A stretch of DNA of 64,000 nt from an uncultured virus (IMG/VR IMGVR_UViG_3300025433_000003) (Duplodnaviria; Heunggongvirae; Uroviricota; Caudoviricetes): IMG/VR virus record IMGVR_UViG_3300025433_000003. One strand, 5' to 3'. The notes under the pieces were generated by a model. It did no database searches. It was given only the letters and a program-made list of their open reading frames with translations, and was not told the DNA's origin. Both the position numbers and the translations under genes were made by a program. Shown here one piece after another: positions 7,149 to 15,958 of this stretch. Numbering within the stretch: the stretch's first letter is position 1; every line of letters starts with the position of its first letter.

Positions 7149-9695
7149 ATGGTAGAACTAGAGTTACCCGATGTTATTGATAAATTAGAACAGGGTGAAT
7201 TAAATTATTATCAATTCTATAATGCTGAAATAAATAGCGATCATCATTATTCAATCGATCATTATACTCGTTATGGTGAACGCGATAATTTGGATGTTGA
7301 TCAAGAATTAAAAGTTGTGTTTATTGATCTCGAGGTGTTTAAATGCGAACTTGATAAATTACGTAACAAGCAAGCGACAGGAATTATTAATTCAGTTTGT
7401 GTTTATGACAGTCACTCACAAACATATTATTTGTTTAGTTTGCTTATGATGACACAGAATTATTCATTAGTCGATACTAATGACCCTGGTAAATATGAAA
7501 AACAATTCAAAGAAGAATTAGTTGCTGAAAAATATTTGAAAGCGAGCGATAAACTTCGTGTCTTTTTTTATGTTGATGAAGAATTAAAGATGCTTGAAGA
7601 TATATGGAGATTGATTCATCAAATTGACCCTACTGTGTTGTCTGGATTTAATTTTAATAATTTTGATCTACCGTACATATATTATAGATTGAAATATTTA
7701 TATAATGATGATATTGATAAAGTTGCTAATACTCTTAGTAAATTTGGTGTGGTTAAAGCTCGATCATTTGGTTTTAATAATAACATTGAAATTGCTGAAT
7801 ATCCTGTGGCGGACATTCGACAATTATATATTCCTCGCTCGGAGAACGGGTTGAATTACGGCAAGTCTTTATCTAAGTACTCCCTTAATTTTATTGCTGA
7901 GGAAGAACTTGGAATAAAGAAGATTGAACATCAAGATCTATCGTTCGATCAATTCTATACAAGAGAACCAGTAGAATTTTTTAAATATAATATTGCAGAT
8001 GTATCTGTTTGTGTGCAATTAAATGATAAACTCAAACATATTGAGTTACATAACTTATTGAGACGGGATATGAAGACTTCATTCACAGCAAGTTTAATTG
8101 GGTCGTCTTCATTCTTTTCAACGATGTTTAATTATGAATTGAAAAAGAAATCACTTGGAATGAGGTTTGGTTTATTACAGGAACAGGCACATTCAATTGG
8201 TCAAGAAGAAATAGACATGATTGAACGCCCTAAAGAGAAATCCGTTAAATGGAATATCACTAGTATAGACCAGAAGACATATCGTAAAATAATGAGCAGA
8301 TTTGTTGGAGCTTATGTCAAAGAAGGACTCGGCAAGACTCTTACTATTAATGATGGTATATTAGTCGATATGGATGCAAGTTTACCTCCAGAAGAAAAGA
8401 TATTTATTCGTAAAAATAATATTAAATATTCTTTAAATGTTGGTGATTATGAATGGGAAGAAAATGATGAAACTTTAACTTGGAATAAAAATAATGAGGT
8501 GTGTTGGAAAAGAGTTAAAGGAAAAACTGAACATGATTGGAATGGTAAATTAATTAAATTACTAACTAACTGTTATGAAGCTGTGACGGTAACTGACAAT
8601 CATAGTATATTCAGTTCGTTGACTAATAATATCAATGATATTAAATTGGTCAACGCTGGAGAATTAAAAATTGGCAATTATATTGTTGTTAGATCTAAGA
8701 TAAACAATCAAATTATATTAGAAAAAATTAAATCAATAGAAGTTATAGATTATACAGGTAAAGTCTATGACTTAACAGTAGAAGAAACTGAACGTTTCTT
8801 TGCTGGTTCTGGAATTGGAGTTCATAATACTGCCTTGTATCCCTCAATGATGCGTCAGTCGAACATATCATTCGATTCATATTTTGGTCGAGTGATTGAT
8901 CCTGTTGCATATAAATTTATTAACACAGTTAGTAATGCAATCGAGCACAATCAAGATATTATTCCACAACTAAAAACAATGATATTTAACGAAATTAAAA
9001 AATCTGTTGAACGTCTTGATCCACAAAACAAAAACAATCATAAACAGTATATTTATATTATCTTTATGAAATTATTAAAAGATATTCTTAATGCTAAAGT
9101 ACCAATTAAGCAATTACTTACACCAACAACTCAACATGAATATTTGTTATTAAAAAGTTATTTACTCCCATTATTAGATATATTGACAGAGATAATGAAA
9201 GTTCCAGAGTATCATACATTTGCATATAATTATATATTGAATTTTGATGAAACAACAAATCCATGGGTACTTATTGTTGAAAATGAAAATGATTATAATT
9301 GTTGTGTTAAAAAAGTTGATTCAGTAAATTTTGGAAAATATTTGGTTGATAAACAATTGAGTTTTAATTTATCTGGAGCAATTTTTGCAACACATGAAAA
9401 ACATAAAGGAATATTAAACCATTTCTTAACTGAACGTCTTGCTTTAAGAAGTGAGTATAAAACTAAAAGAGATACTTTTCCTCACGGATCAAATGAATAT
9501 CAGTTCTTTGATCGTAGACAGTTATCTATGAAAATTAATGCTAATTCAAGTTATGGTTTGACAGGCATGGCAAGTTTCTTATTTTCAAATCGACAATTAG
9601 CAATGTCTACAACATTATCAGGGAGATTATGTTTGAAAATCTCACAAGCTTGTGGAGAGTTATACTTAAACAATTTAGAAAAGGAACTGATGTAG
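7149..9695 (+). CDS. Family B DNA polymerase, exonuclease plus motifs A and B subunit, intein-containing
   Basis: Exo I FIDLEV, Exo II GFNFNNFDLPY, Exo III YNIADV, FVGAYV, DMDA/TALYPS (motif A), KINANSSYG (motif B). Ends before motif C. Confidence 0.92.
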   Translation: MVELELPDVIDKLEQGELNYYQFYNAEINSDHHYSIDHYTRYGERDNLDVDQELKVVFIDLEVFKCELDKLRNKQATGIINSVCVYDSHSQTYYLFSLLMMTQNYSLVDTNDPGKYEKQFKEELVAEKYLKASDKLRVFFYVDEELKMLEDIWRLIHQIDPTVLSGFNFNNFDLPYIYYRLKYLYNDDIDKVANTLSKFGVVKARSFGFNNNIEIAEYPVADIRQLYIPRSENGLNYGKSLSKYSLNFIAEEELGIKKIEHQDLSFDQFYTREPVEFFKYNIADVSVCVQLNDKLKHIELHNLLRRDMKTSFTASLIGSSSFFSTMFNYELKKKSLGMRFGLLQEQAHSIGQEEIDMIERPKEKSVKWNITSIDQKTYRKIMSRFVGAYVKEGLGKTLTINDGILVDMDASLPPEEKIFIRKNNIKYSLNVGDYEWEENDETLTWNKNNEVCWKRVKGKTEHDWNGKLIKLLTNCYEAVTVTDNHSIFSSLTNNINDIKLVNAGELKIGNYIVVRSKINNQIILEKIKSIEVIDYTGKVYDLTVEETERFFAGSGIGVHNTALYPSMMRQSNISFDSYFGRVIDPVAYKFINTVSNAIEHNQDIIPQLKTMIFNEIKKSVERLDPQNKNNHKQYIYIIFMKLLKDILNAKVPIKQLLTPTTQHEYLLLKSYLLPLLDILTEIMKVPEYHTFAYNYILNFDETTNPWVLIVENENDYNCCVKKVDSVNFGKYLVDKQLSFNLSGAIFATHEKHKGILNHFLTERLALRSEYKTKRDTFPHGSNEYQFFDRRQLSMKINANSSYGLTGMASFLFSNRQLAMSTTLSGRLCLKISQACGELYLNNLEKELM
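8379..8828 (+). mobile_element. Mini-intein (150 aa) in PolB motif A
   Basis: Starts SLPPEEKIFI, block B VTVTDNHSIF, ends VYDLTVEETERFFAGSGIGVHN followed by Thr. Confidence 0.92.
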
Positions 9696-9704
9696 GAGGA
9701 CAAT

Positions 9705-10538
9705 ATGCCTTTGAAGCCTGATACTCCCGCGTTTAATTTCATCCAAACGGGAACTGGTCCTGTTAGAAATATGAACAACACTATATTACCTGGCTCTGAA
9801 CCAACCCCTACAGGAGATCCTATGGACGAATTCGATCAGAATATAATTATTGCTCCAGATTTTCTTCAAGACTTAGAAAACAACATCGATCAAATACAAC
9901 AAGACTTTAGTAGTATTGTTCCTCCCGAACCTGTTAATGATAGTGAAGTTATTAGAGGTGAACCACAGATTATTGAACAAATAAAAAAGCCCGATTTTTC
10001 AAATCAGTTAGTAAATAATCCACAATCTAATCCTGCAATTCAAACATATTTTTCCAAGAAGAAATATAATATAGTTGATATATTTACATTTGAATATGAA
10101 GGAGAACCAGAATCTGCCGAGGCAAATCCAATTAAAGTAGATGCAGTTAAAGTTTCGTACAATCAAGATTTTGGAAATCTGAGAATCACATTCAATCAAG
10201 TTCCTGAAGTAGCAAAGTATAATAACGTTTTGTTTTCTCAAAAAATGAAGTTATTAATTGCAGCAACAATCTATCCGACTTCAGCATTCAAAGCATTAAA
10301 TACTTTTGAAGGATTTAATTGTACGGAAGTGTTGATTAATAAAACTGGAGAAAAGTGGGAAAAAGAAAGACCTGTTATTGCCATTCAACAATTAGAAAAT
10401 GGTGAATTTTATGTTTGGATAACTGATGTTACAAAGGAAGACACACAATATGTTTATCATTTTGCTGGATGGCAAAGTAAAGCATTTAAATACTGTCTTG
10501 AATATTGTTATGGAGACGGAGTGGGGACTAGAAAATGA
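9705..10538 (+). CDS. Hypothetical protein
   Basis: 277-aa ORF with AGGAGG RBS and a Pro/acidic N-terminal half. Confidence 0.7.
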   Translation: MPLKPDTPAFNFIQTGTGPVRNMNNTILPGSEPTPTGDPMDEFDQNIIIAPDFLQDLENNIDQIQQDFSSIVPPEPVNDSEVIRGEPQIIEQIKKPDFSNQLVNNPQSNPAIQTYFSKKKYNIVDIFTFEYEGEPESAEANPIKVDAVKVSYNQDFGNLRITFNQVPEVAKYNNVLFSQKMKLLIAATIYPTSAFKALNTFEGFNCTEVLINKTGEKWEKERPVIAIQQLENGEFYVWITDVTKEDTQYVYHFAGWQSKAFKYCLEYCYGDGVGTRK

Positions 10539-10756
10539 GTTTTGTAAAATGGATTAAATGGTATTATTTTGAAGTTCCACAATGTTCTCATATTCCAGGA
10601 GAATGGCGCATGAGAGAATGTGGGATGGGGAAAATTAGACATTGTGTCAAATGTGGGGTTTGTCTTGATCTGATATAAAAGACATAAATAGACGAATCGA
10701 CATTTTGTTAAAGAACATAATTTGGAAAAACAAATAATAATAGGAGAAACAAATAC

Positions 10757-11566
10757 TTGAAAGATATTAAACAAGGTCTACCAGATATGCAGAATTCAAA
10801 GTCACAGTTCAATATACCAATTAAAAGAGTAGGAATTACAAATTTTAAATTACCAATATTTATTATTCAAAAAGATAATAAATTTCAACATACAATTTCA
10901 GATATTGATATTTTTGTTGATTTGAATAGTGATAATAAAGGTATTAATATGAGTCGTTTACCTATTGGTTTACAATCTTATATTGAAGCTCCTTTAAATT
11001 CTGCTGTAATTTGTAAAATAGCTGAAGATATACGAATATCATCTGAAGCAACACGATGCCAAATTGTATATAGTTTCCCCTACTTCATTAATAAGAAATC
11101 TCCAGTTAGTAAATTAGATGGATTGATTCATTATAATGTCGTATTTGATTTAACTAACACTAAAGACTCTGTTGAGTTTTGTATTAGTGTTGAAAGTACT
11201 GGTACTAGTTTGTGTCCGTGTTCAAAGGAGATTAGTGAAAAACAGGGAGCACATAATCAACGATCTAAAGTATTAGTTAAATGTGAAGTTAAATTTAAAA
11301 AAGAGTATTTATGGATTGAAGATATTGTCGATATTATTGAAAGTTGTTATAGTTGTCAGGTTTATAGTATATTAAAGAGACCTGATGAAAAACATGTTAC
11401 TATGGAGGCATATAATAATCCTAAGTTTGTTGAAGATATGGGGAGAGAGTTAGCTTATAAATTTGAAAAATTAAATAATATTGAAAATTTTGATATTCAA
11501 GTAAATAATGAAGAAAGTATTCATCAACACAATGCGTATTGTAGATTAACTTCTAAAGAGGAGTGA
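10757..11566 (+). CDS. folE2: GTP cyclohydrolase I type IB (FolE2)
   Basis: LPDMQ, IKRVGI, KGINMSR, TSLCPCSKEIS..GAHNQRS, LKRPDEK, NPKFVED, EESIHQHNA. Confidence 0.95.
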   Translation: MKDIKQGLPDMQNSKSQFNIPIKRVGITNFKLPIFIIQKDNKFQHTISDIDIFVDLNSDNKGINMSRLPIGLQSYIEAPLNSAVICKIAEDIRISSEATRCQIVYSFPYFINKKSPVSKLDGLIHYNVVFDLTNTKDSVEFCISVESTGTSLCPCSKEISEKQGAHNQRSKVLVKCEVKFKKEYLWIEDIVDIIESCYSCQVYSILKRPDEKHVTMEAYNNPKFVEDMGRELAYKFEKLNNIENFDIQVNNEESIHQHNAYCRLTSKEE

Positions 11567-11575
11567 TAAAATACA

Positions 11576-12208
11576 TTGTTTAATACAGGATATGATTATG
11601 AGAACAACGTAGATATTAATAAAACTTACAGACAATATCGACGGTTTAAAGATATGTATTATATTATTGAAAAAGAGTTTTATCCCGAATTGATTAATGA
11701 AATTGATCTTGGGCATAGTATTATAATTAGTAGTCCAAATCAATATAATTTTATTAGACGAAATAGATTTGGTAAATTAGATGTCCTTGCTAGTCAAGAT
11801 ATTAATTTATCGACTTGTGCTTCAGTTAATGAATATCTTAAAAAATTTAATTGTGTACCGAAGATTAAAGTGATGGTCCCAAAGGGTATTGAATTAAATA
11901 TAGAAAATCCTAACAACAATTACACTAACACTATCTATTCAAACTTCAACACAGAATTTAGAAAACATCATAAAAGTAATATCAATGATCGTTTAATTTA
12001 TGATCGTATGGAATTTGATATTTATATTGATATTAAACAGTTTTTAAAGACCAATCCTACTTATTTAATTAAATTTGATATGTCGTTATTTACTATGTCT
12101 TTTAATCCTATGTGTTATGTTGGTAGTGTTGATCATGTTAATGAAGTCAATGATATTTATTGGATTAAAAACGATGAGTTATTTAGAACATTTGAAGATA
12201 CTTTTTAA
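11576..12208 (+). CDS. Hypothetical protein
   Basis: 210-aa ORF with GAGGAG RBS. Confidence 0.65.
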   Translation: MFNTGYDYENNVDINKTYRQYRRFKDMYYIIEKEFYPELINEIDLGHSIIISSPNQYNFIRRNRFGKLDVLASQDINLSTCASVNEYLKKFNCVPKIKVMVPKGIELNIENPNNNYTNTIYSNFNTEFRKHHKSNINDRLIYDRMEFDIYIDIKQFLKTNPTYLIKFDMSLFTMSFNPMCYVGSVDHVNEVNDIYWIKNDELFRTFEDTF

Positions 12209-12209
12209 A

Positions 12210-12241
12210 TTTTTGGCCTCGGCAGATTTCAGAAGTTGAAA
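12210..12241 (+). repeat. Dispersed TTTTTGGCCTCGGC element (also at 26841, 36304, 36427, 43768, 51684; variant at 58129)
   Basis: A 14-mer rich in GC, identical at five intergenic sites just after stop codons in a very AT-rich genome. Confidence 0.85.
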
Positions 12242-12278
12242 GTTTGGGAATCATATTGCAGATTAAAAGGAAAACTAT

Positions 12279-12485
12279 ATGCAAGAAAAACAACCAGAAG
12301 AAATTAAAGCACAATTAAAAGAAATGGGAATTGATGCAGATACTCTTGCTAAACTCAGTCAAGTAAAGACAAAGTTTGGTGAGGATGCTGCACTTAAACA
12401 GACTATAATTTGTCAAGCAAAAAAGAAAATAGTTAATAGAAAAAAGAATAAAAATGCACGGAAATCAAGAAGAATGAACAGATAA
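12279..12485 (+). CDS. Small basic hypothetical protein
   Basis: AAGGA RBS, followed by hairpin 12495-12533. Confidence 0.6.
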   Translation: MQEKQPEEIKAQLKEMGIDADTLAKLSQVKTKFGEDAALKQTIICQAKKKIVNRKKNKNARKSRRMNR

Positions 12486-12582
12486 ATAGGGACATTATCG
12501 ACTACATATTATATTAATATGTAGTCGATAATTATTTTATTTTTACTGATTTTATATATAAATACTACACTTAGGAGATAAT

Positions 12583-12771
12583 ATGATGACTTTCAACCTG
12601 AAAGATGTCACTCATAAGATTACTCGATTGATTAATAAAGTAATCTTAAATAAACCATCTAATCTTGTCCTTGAAGAACGAATCGAAACTATTTTGATTC
12701 AATTCAAAGATGAGATTAAAAAAGAAATCCTAATTGATTTACGTAAGGATTTCAACAAAAGGAAGAAATGA
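12583..12771 (+). CDS. Small hypothetical protein
   Basis: TATATAAAT motif and AGGAG RBS upstream; stop overlaps next start. Confidence 0.6.
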   Translation: MMTFNLKDVTHKITRLINKVILNKPSNLVLEERIETILIQFKDEIKKEILIDLRKDFNKRKK

Positions 12772-13451
12772 AAATCAAACTGAGTGTTATTTTGAGTATT
12801 GTATTGGTTATCGGTGGATTTTTTTATATCAATAATTGGAGTTTAAAAAATTTCAAGGATTCAATTGGTGCTGTAGAAGTAGAAGCATCAATTCATGTTG
12901 ATGACCAAACAATCAACATCATTGATCAAATGATCAATAATGTTGATCAAATGATCAGTGAAGAGGAACTTAAACACAATAGGGTGTTCAAGTTCCTCAA
13001 ACATCTTCAACCTCGTCTAAGTGACCATGTTGCGGATGAAATAGCAACGAAGGTTATCAAACAGGCGAAATTGAAAGGTTTCCCACCGGAGTTAATATGC
13101 TCTCTTATCTACATAGAGAGCAGTTGTATTCCAACTGCTATTAGTCCAACCAATCATGGGGATGGACTGATGCAGATTAATACTAACGTTCATATTTTAT
13201 TGATTGAACGTTTAGGATTCAATCGAGAAGATATGTTTAAAATTGGCCCCAACATCGAAGTTGGGTGTAGTATTCTGCGTGAATACTATGATAAAACTCA
13301 TTCTATCCGAAAAGCATTGAAGCGTTACATTGGGGGAAATGAGACAAAATATGTGCTAGACATTTTAGCACGGTATGTTGATTCCCAGATCAATATCCCC
13401 CAAAAACCACATAAGTTAAGTCAAAAGAAACTTTCTTATGTTGGTAAATAA
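12768..13451 (+). CDS. Lytic transglycosylase (SLT domain) with N-terminal membrane anchor
   Basis: LIYIESS (catalytic Glu), GLMQIN, NIEVGCSIL, ALKRYIGG; hydrophobic N-terminus. Confidence 0.85.
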   Translation: MKIKLSVILSIVLVIGGFFYINNWSLKNFKDSIGAVEVEASIHVDDQTINIIDQMINNVDQMISEEELKHNRVFKFLKHLQPRLSDHVADEIATKVIKQAKLKGFPPELICSLIYIESSCIPTAISPTNHGDGLMQINTNVHILLIERLGFNREDMFKIGPNIEVGCSILREYYDKTHSIRKALKRYIGGNETKYVLDILARYVDSQINIPQKPHKLSQKKLSYVGK

Positions 13452-13634
13452 TAATTACACCTTCTAAAAATGTTAAAGATTAATATGTTATTCTCATTTT
13501 TGATATATAAATATTATAAATATTAGAAATAGAGTTATTAAATAGTTAATCTTTAAAAAATTTTTGGAGGTGGTTGTTTTGTTAAGTTCAATAGAAATAG
13601 TTGTGACCTGCTAAAGGGTCACAACTAAAAAGTT

Positions 13635-13684
13635 TTCTCCCCTATCACAATATGTGGTAGGGGAGATTTTATGTTTTTATTTTT
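13635..13684 (+). terminator. Hairpin/terminator (second of two tandem hairpins, first at 13598-13627)
   Basis: TCTCCCCTATCACA / TGTGGTAGGGGAGA followed by a T-rich tract. Confidence 0.6.
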
Positions 13685-13696
13685 AAAAGGAGAGAT

Positions 13697-13936
13697 ATGT
13701 CAAAGACACAAATATTAATATTAATATTAATATTAATTAGTATTGGTGTAATATCAACAATTTTTATAATCAAAACAGAAATAGACAAAAAACCAAAAAT
13801 AATACAATACGACACTGTAAATTATAATATTGAATGTATTGACGGGGTTCAATATTTTACTGGTTGGGGACGATCATCTAAATTTATTTTTTCTCCACAT
13901 TTTAAACCAGATGGCTCGTTATACTTGTGTGAGTGA
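13697..13936 (+). CDS. Small membrane-anchored hypothetical protein
   Basis: AAGGAG RBS, N-terminal TM segment, CIDGVQY..PHFKPDGSLYLC. Confidence 0.7.
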   Translation: MSKTQILILILILISIGVISTIFIIKTEIDKKPKIIQYDTVNYNIECIDGVQYFTGWGRSSKFIFSPHFKPDGSLYLCE

Positions 13937-13994
13937 TTTTTTAATATTATCACATTTTATATATAAATTATTAATGTATAAGGGGGAATTTATT

Positions 13995-14402
13995 TTGAAA
14001 CTCAAAGATTTGATTACACCTCCAACAATGTATAGAAATAGACTAAAAGATAGTTATAATATTTACCCGACGATTAATAGTTCGAGTAATCATATTACTA
14101 ATTTTTTAATTAAATACAATTGTGGAAACTATACAGTTGAATTTCAATTCATCGGAGAGACATTAAAAATAGATAACAATTTGAAAATCTATTGTTCTTG
14201 TCCAAGTTTTAATTTTGAATTTGCCCATATTTTGAATGATAACGAATCGTTATTGTATCCTGAATCATTTAAAAAAGCAATTAATAGTACACCAACTAAA
14301 AAGAATAAACACAATTTAATTGGCGGGTGTAAACATTGTATTGCTTGTGGCCGATTAACATTTAATAAGTTTGATTTATTACAAACTAGATTGGGGAGAT
14401 AA
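13995..14402 (+). CDS. SWIM-type zinc finger protein
   Basis: IYCSCPSF...CKHC. Probable TTG start after the AAGGGG RBS and the TATATAAAT motif. Confidence 0.7.
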   Translation: MKLKDLITPPTMYRNRLKDSYNIYPTINSSSNHITNFLIKYNCGNYTVEFQFIGETLKIDNNLKIYCSCPSFNFEFAHILNDNESLLYPESFKKAINSTPTKKNKHNLIGGCKHCIACGRLTFNKFDLLQTRLGR

Positions 14403-14836
14403 TCATGACGAATATTGAAGCATTTGAGATCGGTTCAGCAATTAAGGGCGTTTTGTGAAGTTTATTTTAGTGCAGCTAGGCAAACAGGAAGAACAAGTCA
14501 ACTTATAGATAGTTTAAATGACGGAGATAGAATTATATTCATCAATAGCGATCAAGCAAGATATTGGGTTAAAAAATGTAAAAAAACAGAAAAGAATATT
14601 GAATGTATAGGTATAGATCCTAAAAAAACCGATGAGTTGTTTAGACTTAATCAATGTAAAGGTCGTACCGTTTTTGATAACGCCTGGACAGAAATGTTTT
14701 ACACGAATCAAATTAGTAAAACTGCGAATCAAATTAATCGTTTTCAAAAAGAATTATCTTGTAATGCCGATTAACATTTAACAAGTTTGATTTATTACAA
14801 ACTAGATTGAGGAGACAATTATGACGAATATTGAAG
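14350..14836 (+). repeat. 71-bp direct repeat (14350-14420 and 14766-14836, 4 mismatches) flanking one gene
   Basis: GCCGATTAACATTTAAYAAGTTTGATTTATTACAAACTAGATTGRGGAGAYAATYATGACGAATATTGAAG occurs twice. Confidence 0.92.
14405..14774 (+). pseudogene. Hypothetical phage gene with an apparent 1-nt frameshift near its start
   Basis: The RBS-linked ATG at 14405 gives MTNIEAFEIGSAIKGVL-stop. Deleting one T from the run at 14451-14454 joins it to CEVYFSAARQTGRT... Confidence 0.55.
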
Positions 14837-15417
14837 AACCTAATGGTTGGGGAGATCAAGAACAGCCTGGAGTATATATTCCACCTGTTGAAACGACCTA
14901 CAATCAAGTAATAGATGAAGTACATCATCAAGATGTTATCCAACCAATTGATGTACCTGAAGAAGTTATTGTCGAAGACACACTATCAAATCAAGAAGTA
15001 ATTGGTAGTCAACCAGTAAATGAAATTACACAAGAAGAAGTTATTATGGAAGAAACCTTGCCTATTCAAGAAGAAATTGCTGTTGCAACTGAATTCGTTC
15101 AACCTACAAATATAGCTATTAAAGTTAATTTTCCTAAGTCTGCGACACCTGTGGACTGTGTTTCTGCAACAACAAATTGCTCTGATAAAATTGTTGCTGC
15201 AAATAAACAATTGGCGTTGTTACAAAATAGATTTTATTTTATTCCAGTAGATTGTGATGAAAGTATAGACAGTGATAAGTATTCAGTAATTAAAGTTTAC
15301 TCAGAATATGCTGCTGCGATCGATGTGAAGTATGTAAAAAATGGATTTGCATGTATTATGCCGTTAAAGCATAATTTTAAAATTAGACAGGATATGGTTA
15401 TTGCTATGTTGTTCTAA
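14821..15417 (+). CDS. Hypothetical protein with acidic N-terminal half
   Basis: GAGGAG RBS; followed by hairpin 15447-15483. Confidence 0.7.
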   Translation: MTNIEEPNGWGDQEQPGVYIPPVETTYNQVIDEVHHQDVIQPIDVPEEVIVEDTLSNQEVIGSQPVNEITQEEVIMEETLPIQEEIAVATEFVQPTNIAIKVNFPKSATPVDCVSATTNCSDKIVAANKQLALLQNRFYFIPVDCDESIDSDKYSVIKVYSEYAAAIDVKYVKNGFACIMPLKHNFKIRQDMVIAMLF

Positions 15418-15510
15418 GTGTTGTATTATTATATTATTATATTAATGTATTACTGTCACTCATATTGATTGTGACAGTAATACAATTACTTAAAAAGGAG
15501 AAAATGTTAT

Positions 15511-15948
15511 ATGTTTAAATTAACTGAAGATATTGAAAATGAATTGCAGATGTTGTATCCTGATATAGACATGGAGTTATTTCTTCATCAATTGATTAGT
15601 AAAATAGTTGACAAAACACTACAGAGTGGGGCATGTAGTATTCGAGAATTTGGAAAGTTTATAGCGTTTCAAACATTTTCAACAAGAATAGCTCGAAATA
15701 TAATACGTTTCAAATTTAAATTTTCTCCATCATTTTTAAATAAAATAAAATTTGATGAATTGTTAATGAAGAATCTTCCAATGAAAATGAAAGCTGAATT
15801 TAATGAAAGTCACGAAGCTAAATGTAGTGGAGTTCAACATAGGAAATTGAATTATCAAAAAGTAACAGAACTGAATGCTAATGAATTAGCAGTAACAAAG
15901 AGTAATCTGGGTAAATTAGAAATTATGAAAATACTTCAAGAAGATTAA
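15511..15948 (+). CDS. Divergent HU/IHF-like protein
   Basis: CSIREFGKF..IRFKFKFSPSFLNKI resembles the HU beta-arm and C-terminal helix. Confidence 0.55.
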   Translation: MFKLTEDIENELQMLYPDIDMELFLHQLISKIVDKTLQSGACSIREFGKFIAFQTFSTRIARNIIRFKFKFSPSFLNKIKFDELLMKNLPMKMKAEFNESHEAKCSGVQHRKLNYQKVTELNANELAVTKSNLGKLEIMKILQED

Positions 15949-15958
15949 AAAGGTTTTT

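Noticed and set aside
4126..9695. Split (trans-splicing) intein joining the two PolB halves
   Set aside because: Each intein has both its own N- and C-terminal blocks internally, and the gene termini carry no intein fragments.
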